Assembly (NCBI GenBank): GCA_964472315.1
Contig: CAYYJS010000007.1
Span: 14,299-78,298 of the forward strand
Length of the DNA: 64,000 nucleotides
Origin: an uncultured Victivallales bacterium
GTDB taxonomy: Bacteria; Verrucomicrobiota; Kiritimatiellia; UBA8416
Direction: 5' to 3'
Shown in pieces: positions 27,695 through 36,227 of the stretch (the stretch's first letter is position 1; the number at the start of each line of letters is the position of its first letter). Under the pieces are notes generated by a model. The model made no database searches. It saw only the letters and a program-made list of their open reading frames with translations, and had not been told where the DNA came from. The position numbers were made by a program, and so were the translations under genes.

Positions 27695-29023
27695 TTGTCG
27701 GATGGCGTGGCGAGAGAAGGGCATGGGGATGGCGTGAAGCGAGTTGTGGCGATTCAAGTGGCGGCGTTGGGGCGCGAGTTCCTGCGCAAGCACGGCTGCG
27801 AACGGCTTTGCGGGCTGCCGATACGGGCCGCCGACGCGGTCTTTCCGGCGGTCACCTGCACGGCGCAGGCGGGTTTCCGAACGGCGAGCCGTCCCGCCCG
27901 GCATGGCATGGTCGCGAACGGGTTTCTCCAGCGCGAGCTGGCCCGGACGTTGTTCTGGGAACAGTCGGCCCGGTTGGTATCGGGCGAACGCATCTGGGAT
28001 CGCGCCCGCGCGCATGGCGCCCGTGTCGCTCTGCTGTTCTGGCAGCAGAGTCTGGGGGAGAGCGTGGACATAGTGCTCTCGCCGGCGCCGGTGCACAAGC
28101 ATCACGGGGGCATGATCCCGGACTGCTATGGACAACCGCCGGAGCTGTACGCCGATGTCACGCGCGCGGTGGGTCGCCCCTTCAACCTCGCGCGCTACTG
28201 GGGACCGATGGCGTCCGCCGAATCGTCGCGCTGGATTGCGGAGGCCACGTCCCGCGTGCTGGAACGTGCCGAGGCGCCGGATGTCTGCTTCACGTATCTG
28301 CCGGCCCTGGACTACGATCTTCAGCGTTACGGTCCCGACCATCCCCGCGCGAGTCGCGCGCTGGGCGATGTGCTGAAACAGATTGACGGCGTTGTCGCCG
28401 CGGCCCGGAAAGGCGGGTACGAGATTCTGATCTTCGGGGACTACGCCATCGAAGCGTGTTCCGCGCCGGTCTTCCCGAACCGGGCGTTGCTGGAGGCCGG
28501 GCTGATGCGGGTACGGCGGGTGCGCGGCATGCTGTATCCGGACCTGCATGCGAGCCGCGCCTTCGCGGCGGTCGACCATCAGGTGGCCCACGTCTACGTC
28601 CGCGAGGCCGCGGATATCGAGGCCGCGGCGCGTGTGCTACGCGGCTTGGACGGGGTGGGGGAAGTGATGGACGCCGCACGGCAGACCGGGGCGGGTATCG
28701 CGCATCCGCGTGGCGGCGAACTGGTTGCGGTTGCGGCGCCGGGCCGTTGGTTTGCCTACGCGTGGTGGGCGGCTCGGCGGGAGGCCCCCGAGTATGCGAC
28801 GCATGTCGACATTCACAACAAGCCAGGGTATGACCCCGCGGAACTTTTCGCCGGGATGCCCCCATGGCAGGTCAGCCTCGACGCGGCCAGAATCCGAGGC
28901 ACCCACGGGCGTGTCGGCGCCGGGATGGAGATCGCCTGGGCATCGACGATGATTGACGGGACTCCGTCCGACATGGCAGAACTGGCGGGTCATTTGTCGA
29001 CTTGGCTGAATGAAGGGTTGTGA
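27695..29023 (+). CDS. eboF: Alkaline-phosphatase-superfamily nucleotide pyrophosphatase/phosphodiesterase-like protein (EboF-like)
   Basis: AP-superfamily motifs including the C-terminal GTHGRVGAGMEIAW (G-HG...M) block. An alternative GTG start at 27734 is possible. Confidence 0.7.
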   Translation: MSDGVAREGHGDGVKRVVAIQVAALGREFLRKHGCERLCGLPIRAADAVFPAVTCTAQAGFRTASRPARHGMVANGFLQRELARTLFWEQSARLVSGERIWDRARAHGARVALLFWQQSLGESVDIVLSPAPVHKHHGGMIPDCYGQPPELYADVTRAVGRPFNLARYWGPMASAESSRWIAEATSRVLERAEAPDVCFTYLPALDYDLQRYGPDHPRASRALGDVLKQIDGVVAAARKGGYEILIFGDYAIEACSAPVFPNRALLEAGLMRVRRVRGMLYPDLHASRAFAAVDHQVAHVYVREAADIEAAARVLRGLDGVGEVMDAARQTGAGIAHPRGGELVAVAAPGRWFAYAWWAARREAPEYATHVDIHNKPGYDPAELFAGMPPWQVSLDAARIRGTHGRVGAGMEIAWASTMIDGTPSDMAELAGHLSTWLNEGL

Positions 29024-29026
29024 CGC

Positions 29027-30208
29027 ATGGCAGGTTCATCGGAAACGGTGCAACAACGGTTCGCCGTCGAATTCGCGTATCCGGTTGTCTTTACGCATGG
29101 GGTGTTCGACCCGGCCAACCCGGCGCTGGCGGATGTCCTGCGGGCGCGCCGCGAGGATGTGCCGCACCGTGCGCTTGTCTATATCGACGATGGTGTCTGG
29201 CAGGCGTGGCCCGATCTGCCGGAGCGGGTGGCGGCTTATCTTGGCGGTCTCGGCGATGTGGCCGTGCTGGCGTCCGAGCCCCGGGCTGTGCCCGGCGGCG
29301 AGCGTGCCAAGCAAGGCTGGGATATCGTGCGCGGCATCATGACCGGCATCGGCGATAACCGTCTCTGCCGCCACAGCTTCGTGATCGCCATTGGCGGCGG
29401 AAGCATGCTCGACATGGTCGGTTTCGCCGCCTCCATCGTACACCGCGGCGTGCGTCTGATCCGCCTGCCGACGTCGGTGCTGGCGCAGGCCGACGGCGGC
29501 GTTGGCGTCAAGAATGGGATGGATGAGCACGGCGTGAAGAACTATGTCGGCAGCTTCGCTCCGCCGGCGGCCGTCATCAACGACTACGATTTTCTCCGGA
29601 CGCTGCCGGATCGGTATTGGCGCGGGGGCGTTTCAGAAGCCTTCAAGGTTGCGATGATCAAGGACGCGGACTTTTTCGACGAGCTGTGCGGCATGGCCGT
29701 CCGGTTGCGCGCGCGCGATGCGCGCGCGATCGAACGGGTGGTCCGAAGGACGGCGGAACTGCATCTGGAACATATCCGGAGCAGTGGCGACCCGTTCGAG
29801 TTCGGCACGGCGCGGCCACTCGACTTCGGTCACTGGGTGGCGCACAAGCTCGAAGTGCTTTCGCACTACACGGTAAGCCATGGCGAAGCGGTGGCCATCG
29901 GCATCGCGATCGACGCCTGCTACGCGGCGAGTCAGGGCCTGTTGCCGGCCGCCGACCGCGACCGGGCGCTCGTGGCGATGGAAAGCATTGGTCTGCCGCT
30001 GTTCCACCCGTTGCTGACGCGACGGACGTCCTCGGGGACGTTGTCGGTTCTGGCCGGTTTGGAGGAGTTCCGCGAACACCTCGGCGGTCGGTTGACCGTG
30101 ACGCTGCCCGACGGCATTGGACGCGGACGGGAGGTGCACGACATGGACCATGGCTTGATCGAGGCCGCGGTCCGATGCCTGGAGGATAGGAGCGTCCATG
30201 CGCCTTGA
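29027..30208 (+). CDS. eboD: 3-dehydroquinate-synthase-like sugar-phosphate cyclase (EboD-like)
   Basis: DHQS fold motifs: IAIGGGSMLDMVGFAAS, GVKNGMDEHGVKNYVGSF and metal-binding His pairs. Confidence 0.8.
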   Translation: MAGSSETVQQRFAVEFAYPVVFTHGVFDPANPALADVLRARREDVPHRALVYIDDGVWQAWPDLPERVAAYLGGLGDVAVLASEPRAVPGGERAKQGWDIVRGIMTGIGDNRLCRHSFVIAIGGGSMLDMVGFAASIVHRGVRLIRLPTSVLAQADGGVGVKNGMDEHGVKNYVGSFAPPAAVINDYDFLRTLPDRYWRGGVSEAFKVAMIKDADFFDELCGMAVRLRARDARAIERVVRRTAELHLEHIRSSGDPFEFGTARPLDFGHWVAHKLEVLSHYTVSHGEAVAIGIAIDACYAASQGLLPAADRDRALVAMESIGLPLFHPLLTRRTSSGTLSVLAGLEEFREHLGGRLTVTLPDGIGRGREVHDMDHGLIEAAVRCLEDRSVHAP

Positions 30209-31355
30209 GACGCAGCCGCCCGTGCATCTGACCTATTGCCTGAACGTCCATCCCGGCGAGACGTGGGGCGAGAACCTGGCGGCGATCGAGACGTACGCCG
30301 TCGCCGTCCGGGACGCCGTCGGCGCGGGCAAACCGTTCGGGTTGGGCCTGCGGTTGAGCGCGCGGGCGGCCGAGACGCTGGCGGCGCCCGCGGTTCTGGC
30401 GCGGTTCCGGGAGACGCTGGCCCGTCACGATTTCTATGTGTTCACCGTCAACGGCTTCCCGTATGGCGACTTCCATGGAAAACCGGTCAAGACCAACGTC
30501 TACCGGCCGGATTGGCGCGATCCGCATCGGCTTGTCTACACGAAGCGCCTGACGGATATCCTCGGCGCGCTCCTGCCGGAGGGCGTTGCCGGCAGCATCA
30601 GCACCGTGCCTGTATCGTATGGCGACTGGATGCGGACCGGCGACGACTTTGCCGCCGCCCTGGCCAACCTGCGGGCCTGTGCCGCCTACCTGGCGGCGAC
30701 GGAGCGGCGGACCGGGCGGCGGATCCGATTGGCGCTCGAACCGGAGCCGGACTGCTGCATCGAAGATACGGCCGGCGCCATCGACTTTTTCGACCGCGCC
30801 ATGGCGGGGTGTGGCGACCGCTGCTTCCGCGAGTATGTCGGCATCTGTTTCGATACGTGTCACCTGGCCGTCCGGTTCGAGGACCCGACGGCGAGTCTGC
30901 TGGCGCTCGTCGCGGCGGGGATCGCGGTGCCGAAGGTCCAGGTGAGCGCGGCGTTGCGGTTGCCGTGCGCGGCCCGGGGCCGCGAGCGTCTGGCGCGCTT
31001 CGGCAATCCCGTCTACCTGAACCAGGTGAAGGTGCGCGAGGGCGGTTTGGTCGTCGCGTACGACGACCTGCCGGCTTTTCTGGCGTCGCCGGCCACCGAG
31101 GACGCGGAGGCGCGCATTCACTGCCATGTGCCACTGCACTTCGACGGCGACGCCGAGGTCGGATCGACACACGCCGGGTTGACGCCGTCGTTCTTCCGTG
31201 CCGCCATGCGTGCCGGCGTCGATCACTTCGAAATCGAAACGTACACCTTCGGTGTGCTGCCGCCGGAATTACAGGCGGGCGGCATCGTCGACAGTGTCGC
31301 CGCGGAGTATCGCTGGGTACTGGCGCGGCTGCCGCAAGCGTGCGCGGCATCGTAG
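30198..31355 (+). CDS. eboE: Xylose-isomerase-like TIM-barrel protein (EboE-like)
   Basis: Sugar phosphate isomerase/epimerase TIM-barrel; overlaps the eboD stop by 11 nt. Confidence 0.7.
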   Translation: MRLETQPPVHLTYCLNVHPGETWGENLAAIETYAVAVRDAVGAGKPFGLGLRLSARAAETLAAPAVLARFRETLARHDFYVFTVNGFPYGDFHGKPVKTNVYRPDWRDPHRLVYTKRLTDILGALLPEGVAGSISTVPVSYGDWMRTGDDFAAALANLRACAAYLAATERRTGRRIRLALEPEPDCCIEDTAGAIDFFDRAMAGCGDRCFREYVGICFDTCHLAVRFEDPTASLLALVAAGIAVPKVQVSAALRLPCAARGRERLARFGNPVYLNQVKVREGGLVVAYDDLPAFLASPATEDAEARIHCHVPLHFDGDAEVGSTHAGLTPSFFRAAMRAGVDHFEIETYTFGVLPPELQAGGIVDSVAAEYRWVLARLPQACAAS

Positions 31356-31376
31356 ACGGGCGATCCGCCGGTCGGG

Positions 31377-32249
31377 CTACAGCCAGAGCGGCATCGGCCC
31401 CGGGGTCTCGCGGTCCAGCCGGCGGGACGCCAGAAGCGCGTCCAGGGCGGCGAGCATGCCGGGCTTGTCTTTCGGCAGGCGGCCTTCCAGAGGCACGACG
31501 TTGGAGGCGTGATTGGCGCGGAAGACCGTGCTCGCGAGGGCGGTGCCGGCGATGAGCGCCCGCAGTTCGTGGACGACCTGCCATTCGGTCAGTGGCGTGA
31601 ACCGGCCGGCGGCCGTGTCGTCGTACAGCGGTGTGCCGGGGGTCGGCACCACACGCAACGCCGACAGGAGTCGCGGTTGCATGCGGGTGACGGCGGCGGC
31701 CGTCCGTTCGGCATGCGCGTCGCTGCGGGCGGCGCCGCCGAGGCCGAGGAGGATCATGACCGACAGGCGCAGACCGGCGGTCTGCGCCAGGATGCCGGCC
31801 TGAACCATGCCGGTGGCGGTCTCGCCCTTGTGGCAGTCGGCGAGAATGGACTCGTCGCCGCTTTCCAGCCCCATGTACAGAGTGTGCAGTCCGCGCGCGC
31901 GCAGGGCGCGCAGTTCGGCCTCGGACTTGCGTGCGATCGAGCTTCCGTTGGCGTAGAGACTGACGCGTGTCAGACCGGGCAGCGCCTCCCGGAGCAGATC
32001 GAGCATGGCGGCCAGTTCGTCGAAGGGGCGCGCCATGACGTCGCCGTCCGCCAGGAAGACGCGAGACGCGCGGGGCGAAAGGCGGGCTTCCGCGCGGATG
32101 AGCCGACGCACGGCATCCAGCGACAGCCGGCGGCAGGGGATGCCGCGATACATGCCGCAGAACGTGCAGCGATTGTGCGGGCATCCCCGGTCGACCTGCA
32201 GGATCAGACTGTCGGCTTCGGCCGGGGGGCGGTAGAGCGGCATATTCAT
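31377..32249 (-). CDS. Radical SAM protein
   Basis: CPHNRCTFCGM (CxxxCxxC) 20 aa from the N-terminus. Start at MNMPLYRPP (32249); the long ORF upstream of it is low-complexity. Confidence 0.75.
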   Translation of the reverse strand: MNMPLYRPPAEADSLILQVDRGCPHNRCTFCGMYRGIPCRRLSLDAVRRLIRAEARLSPRASRVFLADGDVMARPFDELAAMLDLLREALPGLTRVSLYANGSSIARKSEAELRALRARGLHTLYMGLESGDESILADCHKGETATGMVQAGILAQTAGLRLSVMILLGLGGAARSDAHAERTAAAVTRMQPRLLSALRVVPTPGTPLYDDTAAGRFTPLTEWQVVHELRALIAGTALASTVFRANHASNVVPLEGRLPKDKPGMLAALDALLASRRLDRETPGPMPLWL

Positions 32250-32253
32250 GGGG

Positions 32254-33201
32254 TCAGAGGTCGAGGGTGAGTTGTCCGCGGACGGTGACTTTGCGTCCCG
32301 ACGACAGGGCGGGATCGGACGTGTAGTACACGACGAATCGGACGCCGGGGAACTCCGCGGCGAGGGCGTCGCGGATGTAGTTCTCGACGGCGACGACATT
32401 CGAGTCATCGTCGTCCGAGAACCCCACGCTGATCGGCTTATCGAGGCCGCGCATGTGCGCGATGCGGATGACGTGTTCGACGAAATCGCGTATGGCGAAC
32501 TGCTTGCGCTCCTCGGTATCGGGCGAGGCGGTGACATCCGAGCCGAACAGGCGGCGGAACTCCGGGGACATGACGCCGTGGTACTTGCAGTGGTTGAGGT
32601 AGTAGTCGAGAAACTCCCTGTCCAGTTCGAAGAGGTGACCGGGGTCGAAGCAGGCGGCGTAGCCGCGCAGATTGGTGAGCATAACCCGCTTCTCCGACTC
32701 GTCGAGCACGACATCGATGAAGTACTCGACCGCGGCGCGGATGACGGAGGGACTGTGGCCGCGGGCGGTGACGATCGCGAAGAGGCGACCCTCGACGAGG
32801 GTTTGGCGGAACTTGCGGAAGCTGGGGGCGGCCGATGTCTCGCCGCGCACGACCTTGTCGATGGCGGCGCGCGTATCGCGCAGGAAGACGTTTTCGTTGT
32901 CGACGTCGATGTCGCGGAACTCCCGGAATGCCTCCTCCCAGTTGTCGTGAGGGGGGCGGTAATGCTCGCGATCCTTGCGGATGACGCTGAACACGGATGT
33001 GGACACGGCGTGCGGGACCCAGTCGCCGGCGTCGGTGCGCCGTTCCAGGTGGATGCGTGTGGGCATGTGGAAGATGTTATCGTCCCAGTCGAAGATGTAG
33101 TACTTCAGATCGCGGTCGGCGACCGAATAGTTGACCGGATGCCGGGGGCCGGGTTGGCCATCTTTGCGCTGGGGTGTCACAGAGCGGAGAGCATACCGCA
33201 A
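32254..33201 (-). CDS. Hypothetical protein, possibly HAD-like (YYIFDWDDNIF motif); partner of the radical SAM gene
   Basis: 315 aa; 4-bp gap to the radical SAM gene. FDWDDN resembles a HAD motif I (DxDx[T/V]) variant, but assignment is uncertain. Confidence 0.5.
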   Translation of the reverse strand: MRYALRSVTPQRKDGQPGPRHPVNYSVADRDLKYYIFDWDDNIFHMPTRIHLERRTDAGDWVPHAVSTSVFSVIRKDREHYRPPHDNWEEAFREFRDIDVDNENVFLRDTRAAIDKVVRGETSAAPSFRKFRQTLVEGRLFAIVTARGHSPSVIRAAVEYFIDVVLDESEKRVMLTNLRGYAACFDPGHLFELDREFLDYYLNHCKYHGVMSPEFRRLFGSDVTASPDTEERKQFAIRDFVEHVIRIAHMRGLDKPISVGFSDDDDSNVVAVENYIRDALAAEFPGVRFVVYYTSDPALSSGRKVTVRGQLTLDL

Positions 33202-33324
33202 CCGCGCGGGGTGTGGAACTGGAAAGTGTGGCGGCTGTCGCTATCGCCCGCTGGCTATCTGTCGTTTGCCGATCGGAGTTCCGGATTTCTCGTTGCGGTA
33301 AGCGGATGGGGTGCACCCCAGGGC

Positions 33325-33786
33325 ATGTCGGAAGCAGGACGCGAAGTGCTGGGAACTCGAAAGCCGAGTTCGATGCCGATGGCGCGCGAGTTCTACATGC
33401 CGAGTTGGAAGGCGTGGAGTCGACAGGTGCGGCAGGCGGGTTGCCCGGTCGTCGATGTGGACAGCGACGGGTTTATCGGCGATCTGATACCGCTGTGGAT
33501 CGAGTCGGGTGTCAACGCCTGCGACCCGATCGAGGTGGCCGCGCACTGCGACATCGTCGATTTCCGTCGGCGGTTCGGCAAGGCGATGACGTTCCGGCAG
33601 GGCATCGATAAGCGATGCATGGCCGCGGGCGGGAAGTCGCTGCGTGACGAGATGCGCCGGATCGAGCCGGTCGTTCGCGACGGCGGGTACATTCCGGGAT
33701 GCGACCACGGGATCCCCGCTGACGTCTCCTGGACGAACTTTCTCGAGTATTGCCGCCTGCTTGGCGGAGTGACCGGTTGGCTGTAA
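33325..33786 (+). pseudogene. C-terminal fragment of a uroporphyrinogen-decarboxylase-family (URO-D/MtaA-like) protein; N-terminus missing
   Basis: ~150-aa ORF ending DGGYIPGCDHGIPADVSWTNFLEY, typical of the URO-D family C-terminus. No room for the N-terminal ~200 aa because the minus-strand gene ends at 33201. Confidence 0.3.
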
Positions 33787-33898
33787 GGCCAGCCGGTTTT
33801 TGGCGTGCATGGCCCGGGCCGGCGGTCCGGGAAGGGGGCCGGACTCGCCGTCGCGATGGACCGCGGCGACACGGTATGCACGCGGCCGAAAATCAATC

Positions 33899-33912
33899 GT
33901 TAAAAAATTAAC
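33899..33912. promoter_or_regulatory. Candidate operator GTTAAAAAATTAAC (inverted half-sites GTTAA/TTAAC) 141 nt upstream of the [FeFe]-hydrogenase operon
   Basis: Exact 15-nt AT-rich match (GTTAAAAAATTAACA) also present at 48026..48040 ahead of the [NiFe]-hydrogenase operon; GC-rich background makes a chance match unlikely. Confidence 0.4.
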
Positions 33913-34053
33913 ATAATAGAGTTGACGTCCCGTGATGGGCCTGCCACACTTTTCGGATGCTTAGACCGGGCAGCCGTGTCAGGCACATGACGCGGCGCCG
34001 ACGGGCGGGCGCCCGGAGCTGTACGGATATTGACCCGGAACCGGAGGAAGGAC

Positions 34054-36216
34054 ATGGCCAAGCCGATCGACCTCATTGCGGCAAAACGGAGAGAGGCCGT
34101 CATACGCCTCTTCGAGCAGAAGTTCCAAGCGCACACGCGCATCACGGTGGGGTCCGCCACGTGCGAGAACGCGGCGGGCGCTTCGGAAGTCCATGCGCGG
34201 TTGCAGGCGCTGATGGATGAGCACTGCCCTCAGGGCGTCGTGGTCAGCCGTGTCGGGTGCGCGGGCAAGTGCGATATGGAGCCGGTCGTGACGGTGATTT
34301 CGCGCGGTACGATTCCGACCAAGTACGTGAACATGACGCCCCGGCGGGTGGAGCAGGTTTTCCGGGACCATATTCTGGGCGGCAAACCGGTGGAAGCCAT
34401 GTCGATGCGTTACAAGGCCGGGATCACGCATGCCGAACGCGTGGTCAGCGTCTGCGAGTGTGAGGTCTGCCTGAAGAATGGCGGCAAGCAGGTCGAGGAA
34501 GCGTTCCAGGCCGCCATCGAAGAGGCGGGACTGTCCGACCGCGTGGTGGTCATGCACTCGGCCTCGCAAGGGTTGGACGATATCGGGCCTGTGGCGCTCG
34601 TCTATCCGGACGACGTCATGTACCAGGAGATGACGCCGGATAGGGCTCGTGAGGTCGTGAAGAACCATTTCGTCGGCGGACAGCCCGTGGCGGAGTACGC
34701 CTGGTCGGGGGATCGTCTGACCAACCGATTTCTTCCGGTCTTCGGCGATGTTCCCTTTTTCGGCAAGCAGCTTCGCCTGACGCTTCGCAACTGCGGCGTG
34801 ATCGATCCGGAGAACCTGGACGAGTACTTGGCGGTGCGCGGTTATGAGGCCGCGGCGCGTGTGCTGACCGACGGTCAGGCGCAGGCCGTGATCGAGGCCG
34901 TCAAAGCGTCCGGCCTCCGCGGTCGCGGCGGCGGCGGGTTCTCCACGGGCACGAAGTGGGCCTTCGCGGCTCAGCAGCAGTCCGACGAGAAGTTCATCAT
35001 CTGCAACGCCGACGAGGGCGACCCCGGCGCGTTCATGGATCGCAGCACGATCGAAGGCGATCCCCACACCATTTTGGAGGGGATGATCATCGGGGGGTAC
35101 GCGATAGGCGCGACCCGCGGTTTCATCTACATCCGTGCGGAGTATCCGCTGGCGATCGTCCGTCTGGAGAAGGCCATCGCCGCCGCGCGTGCGGCGGGCA
35201 TCCTCGGCAAGCGCGTGATGGGTTCGGACTACGACTTCGATATCGAAGTGCGGCTGGGCGCCGGCGCATTTGTCTGCGGCGAGGAGACGGCGCTGATTCA
35301 CTCCATCGAAGGCAAGCGGGGCATGCCGCGTCCGCGTCCGCCGTATCCATCCGTCGAGGGGCTGTGGGGCAAGCCGACCGTCATCAACAACGTTGAAACG
35401 TTCGCGAACATCCCCGTGGTCATCCTGGATGGCGCCGAGTGGTTCAAGTCGCTCGGGACGAAGACCAGCGCGGGCACGAAGGTGTTTGCGCTTGCCGGCG
35501 ATGTGAACAACACGGGGTTGATCGAAGTGCCGATGGGCACGACCCTGCGCGATGTCGTCTACGGGGTCGGCGGCGGGATCAAAGGCGGGCGGGCGTTCAA
35601 GGCGGTTCAGACGGGCGGTCCGGCCGGCGGATGCCTGCCGGCCTCCGCGCTCGATACGCCGATCGATTACGACACGCTGGCGCGCGCGGGCAGCATCATG
35701 GGCAGCGGCGGCATGATCGTCATGGACGACGGCGCGTGCATGGTCAACGTCGCCAAGTTCTTCCTGGATTTCACGCAGAGCGAATCATGCGGCAAGTGCA
35801 CGCCCTGCCGCGAGGGCACGAAGCGCATGCTCGAGATCCTGACGCGCATCACGGCCGGCGAAGGGCGGGAGGACGATATCGACAAACTGCTGCGGCTTGC
35901 CGATACCGTCAAGAAGACGTCGTTGTGCGGGCTTGGCCAGGCGGCGCCGAATCCGGTGATCAGCACGATCACGCATTTCCGCGGCGAGTACGAAGCGCAT
36001 ATACGGGACAAGCACTGTCCGAGCGGCGTGTGCAAGGCACTGGCGAGTTTCGAGATCGATGCCGGGAAGTGCATCGGTTGCGGCGCTTGTCGCAAGGCCT
36101 GCCCGGTGCATTGCATCGCGGGTGAGACACGGAAGGTGCACGTCATCGACCAGTCCCGCTGCGTGAAGTGCGGGAGTTGTTATGAGGTCTGCAAGTTCGA
36201 TGCGGTAAAGAGGTGA
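34054..36216 (+). CDS. hydB: [FeFe]-hydrogenase NuoF-like flavoprotein subunit (HydB/HndC-like) with two N-terminal thioredoxin-like [2Fe-2S] domains and C-terminal 2x[4Fe-4S]
   Basis: RBS GGAGGAAGG; NADH/FMN-binding GLRGRGGGGFSTGTKW, SLCGLGQ (N3 cluster); CIGCGACRKACP and CVKCGSCYEVC ferredoxin motifs. Confidence 0.85.
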   Translation: MAKPIDLIAAKRREAVIRLFEQKFQAHTRITVGSATCENAAGASEVHARLQALMDEHCPQGVVVSRVGCAGKCDMEPVVTVISRGTIPTKYVNMTPRRVEQVFRDHILGGKPVEAMSMRYKAGITHAERVVSVCECEVCLKNGGKQVEEAFQAAIEEAGLSDRVVVMHSASQGLDDIGPVALVYPDDVMYQEMTPDRAREVVKNHFVGGQPVAEYAWSGDRLTNRFLPVFGDVPFFGKQLRLTLRNCGVIDPENLDEYLAVRGYEAAARVLTDGQAQAVIEAVKASGLRGRGGGGFSTGTKWAFAAQQQSDEKFIICNADEGDPGAFMDRSTIEGDPHTILEGMIIGGYAIGATRGFIYIRAEYPLAIVRLEKAIAAARAAGILGKRVMGSDYDFDIEVRLGAGAFVCGEETALIHSIEGKRGMPRPRPPYPSVEGLWGKPTVINNVETFANIPVVILDGAEWFKSLGTKTSAGTKVFALAGDVNNTGLIEVPMGTTLRDVVYGVGGGIKGGRAFKAVQTGGPAGGCLPASALDTPIDYDTLARAGSIMGSGGMIVMDDGACMVNVAKFFLDFTQSESCGKCTPCREGTKRMLEILTRITAGEGREDDIDKLLRLADTVKKTSLCGLGQAAPNPVISTITHFRGEYEAHIRDKHCPSGVCKALASFEIDAGKCIGCGACRKACPVHCIAGETRKVHVIDQSRCVKCGSCYEVCKFDAVKR

Positions 36217-36227
36217 GAGAACAACCG

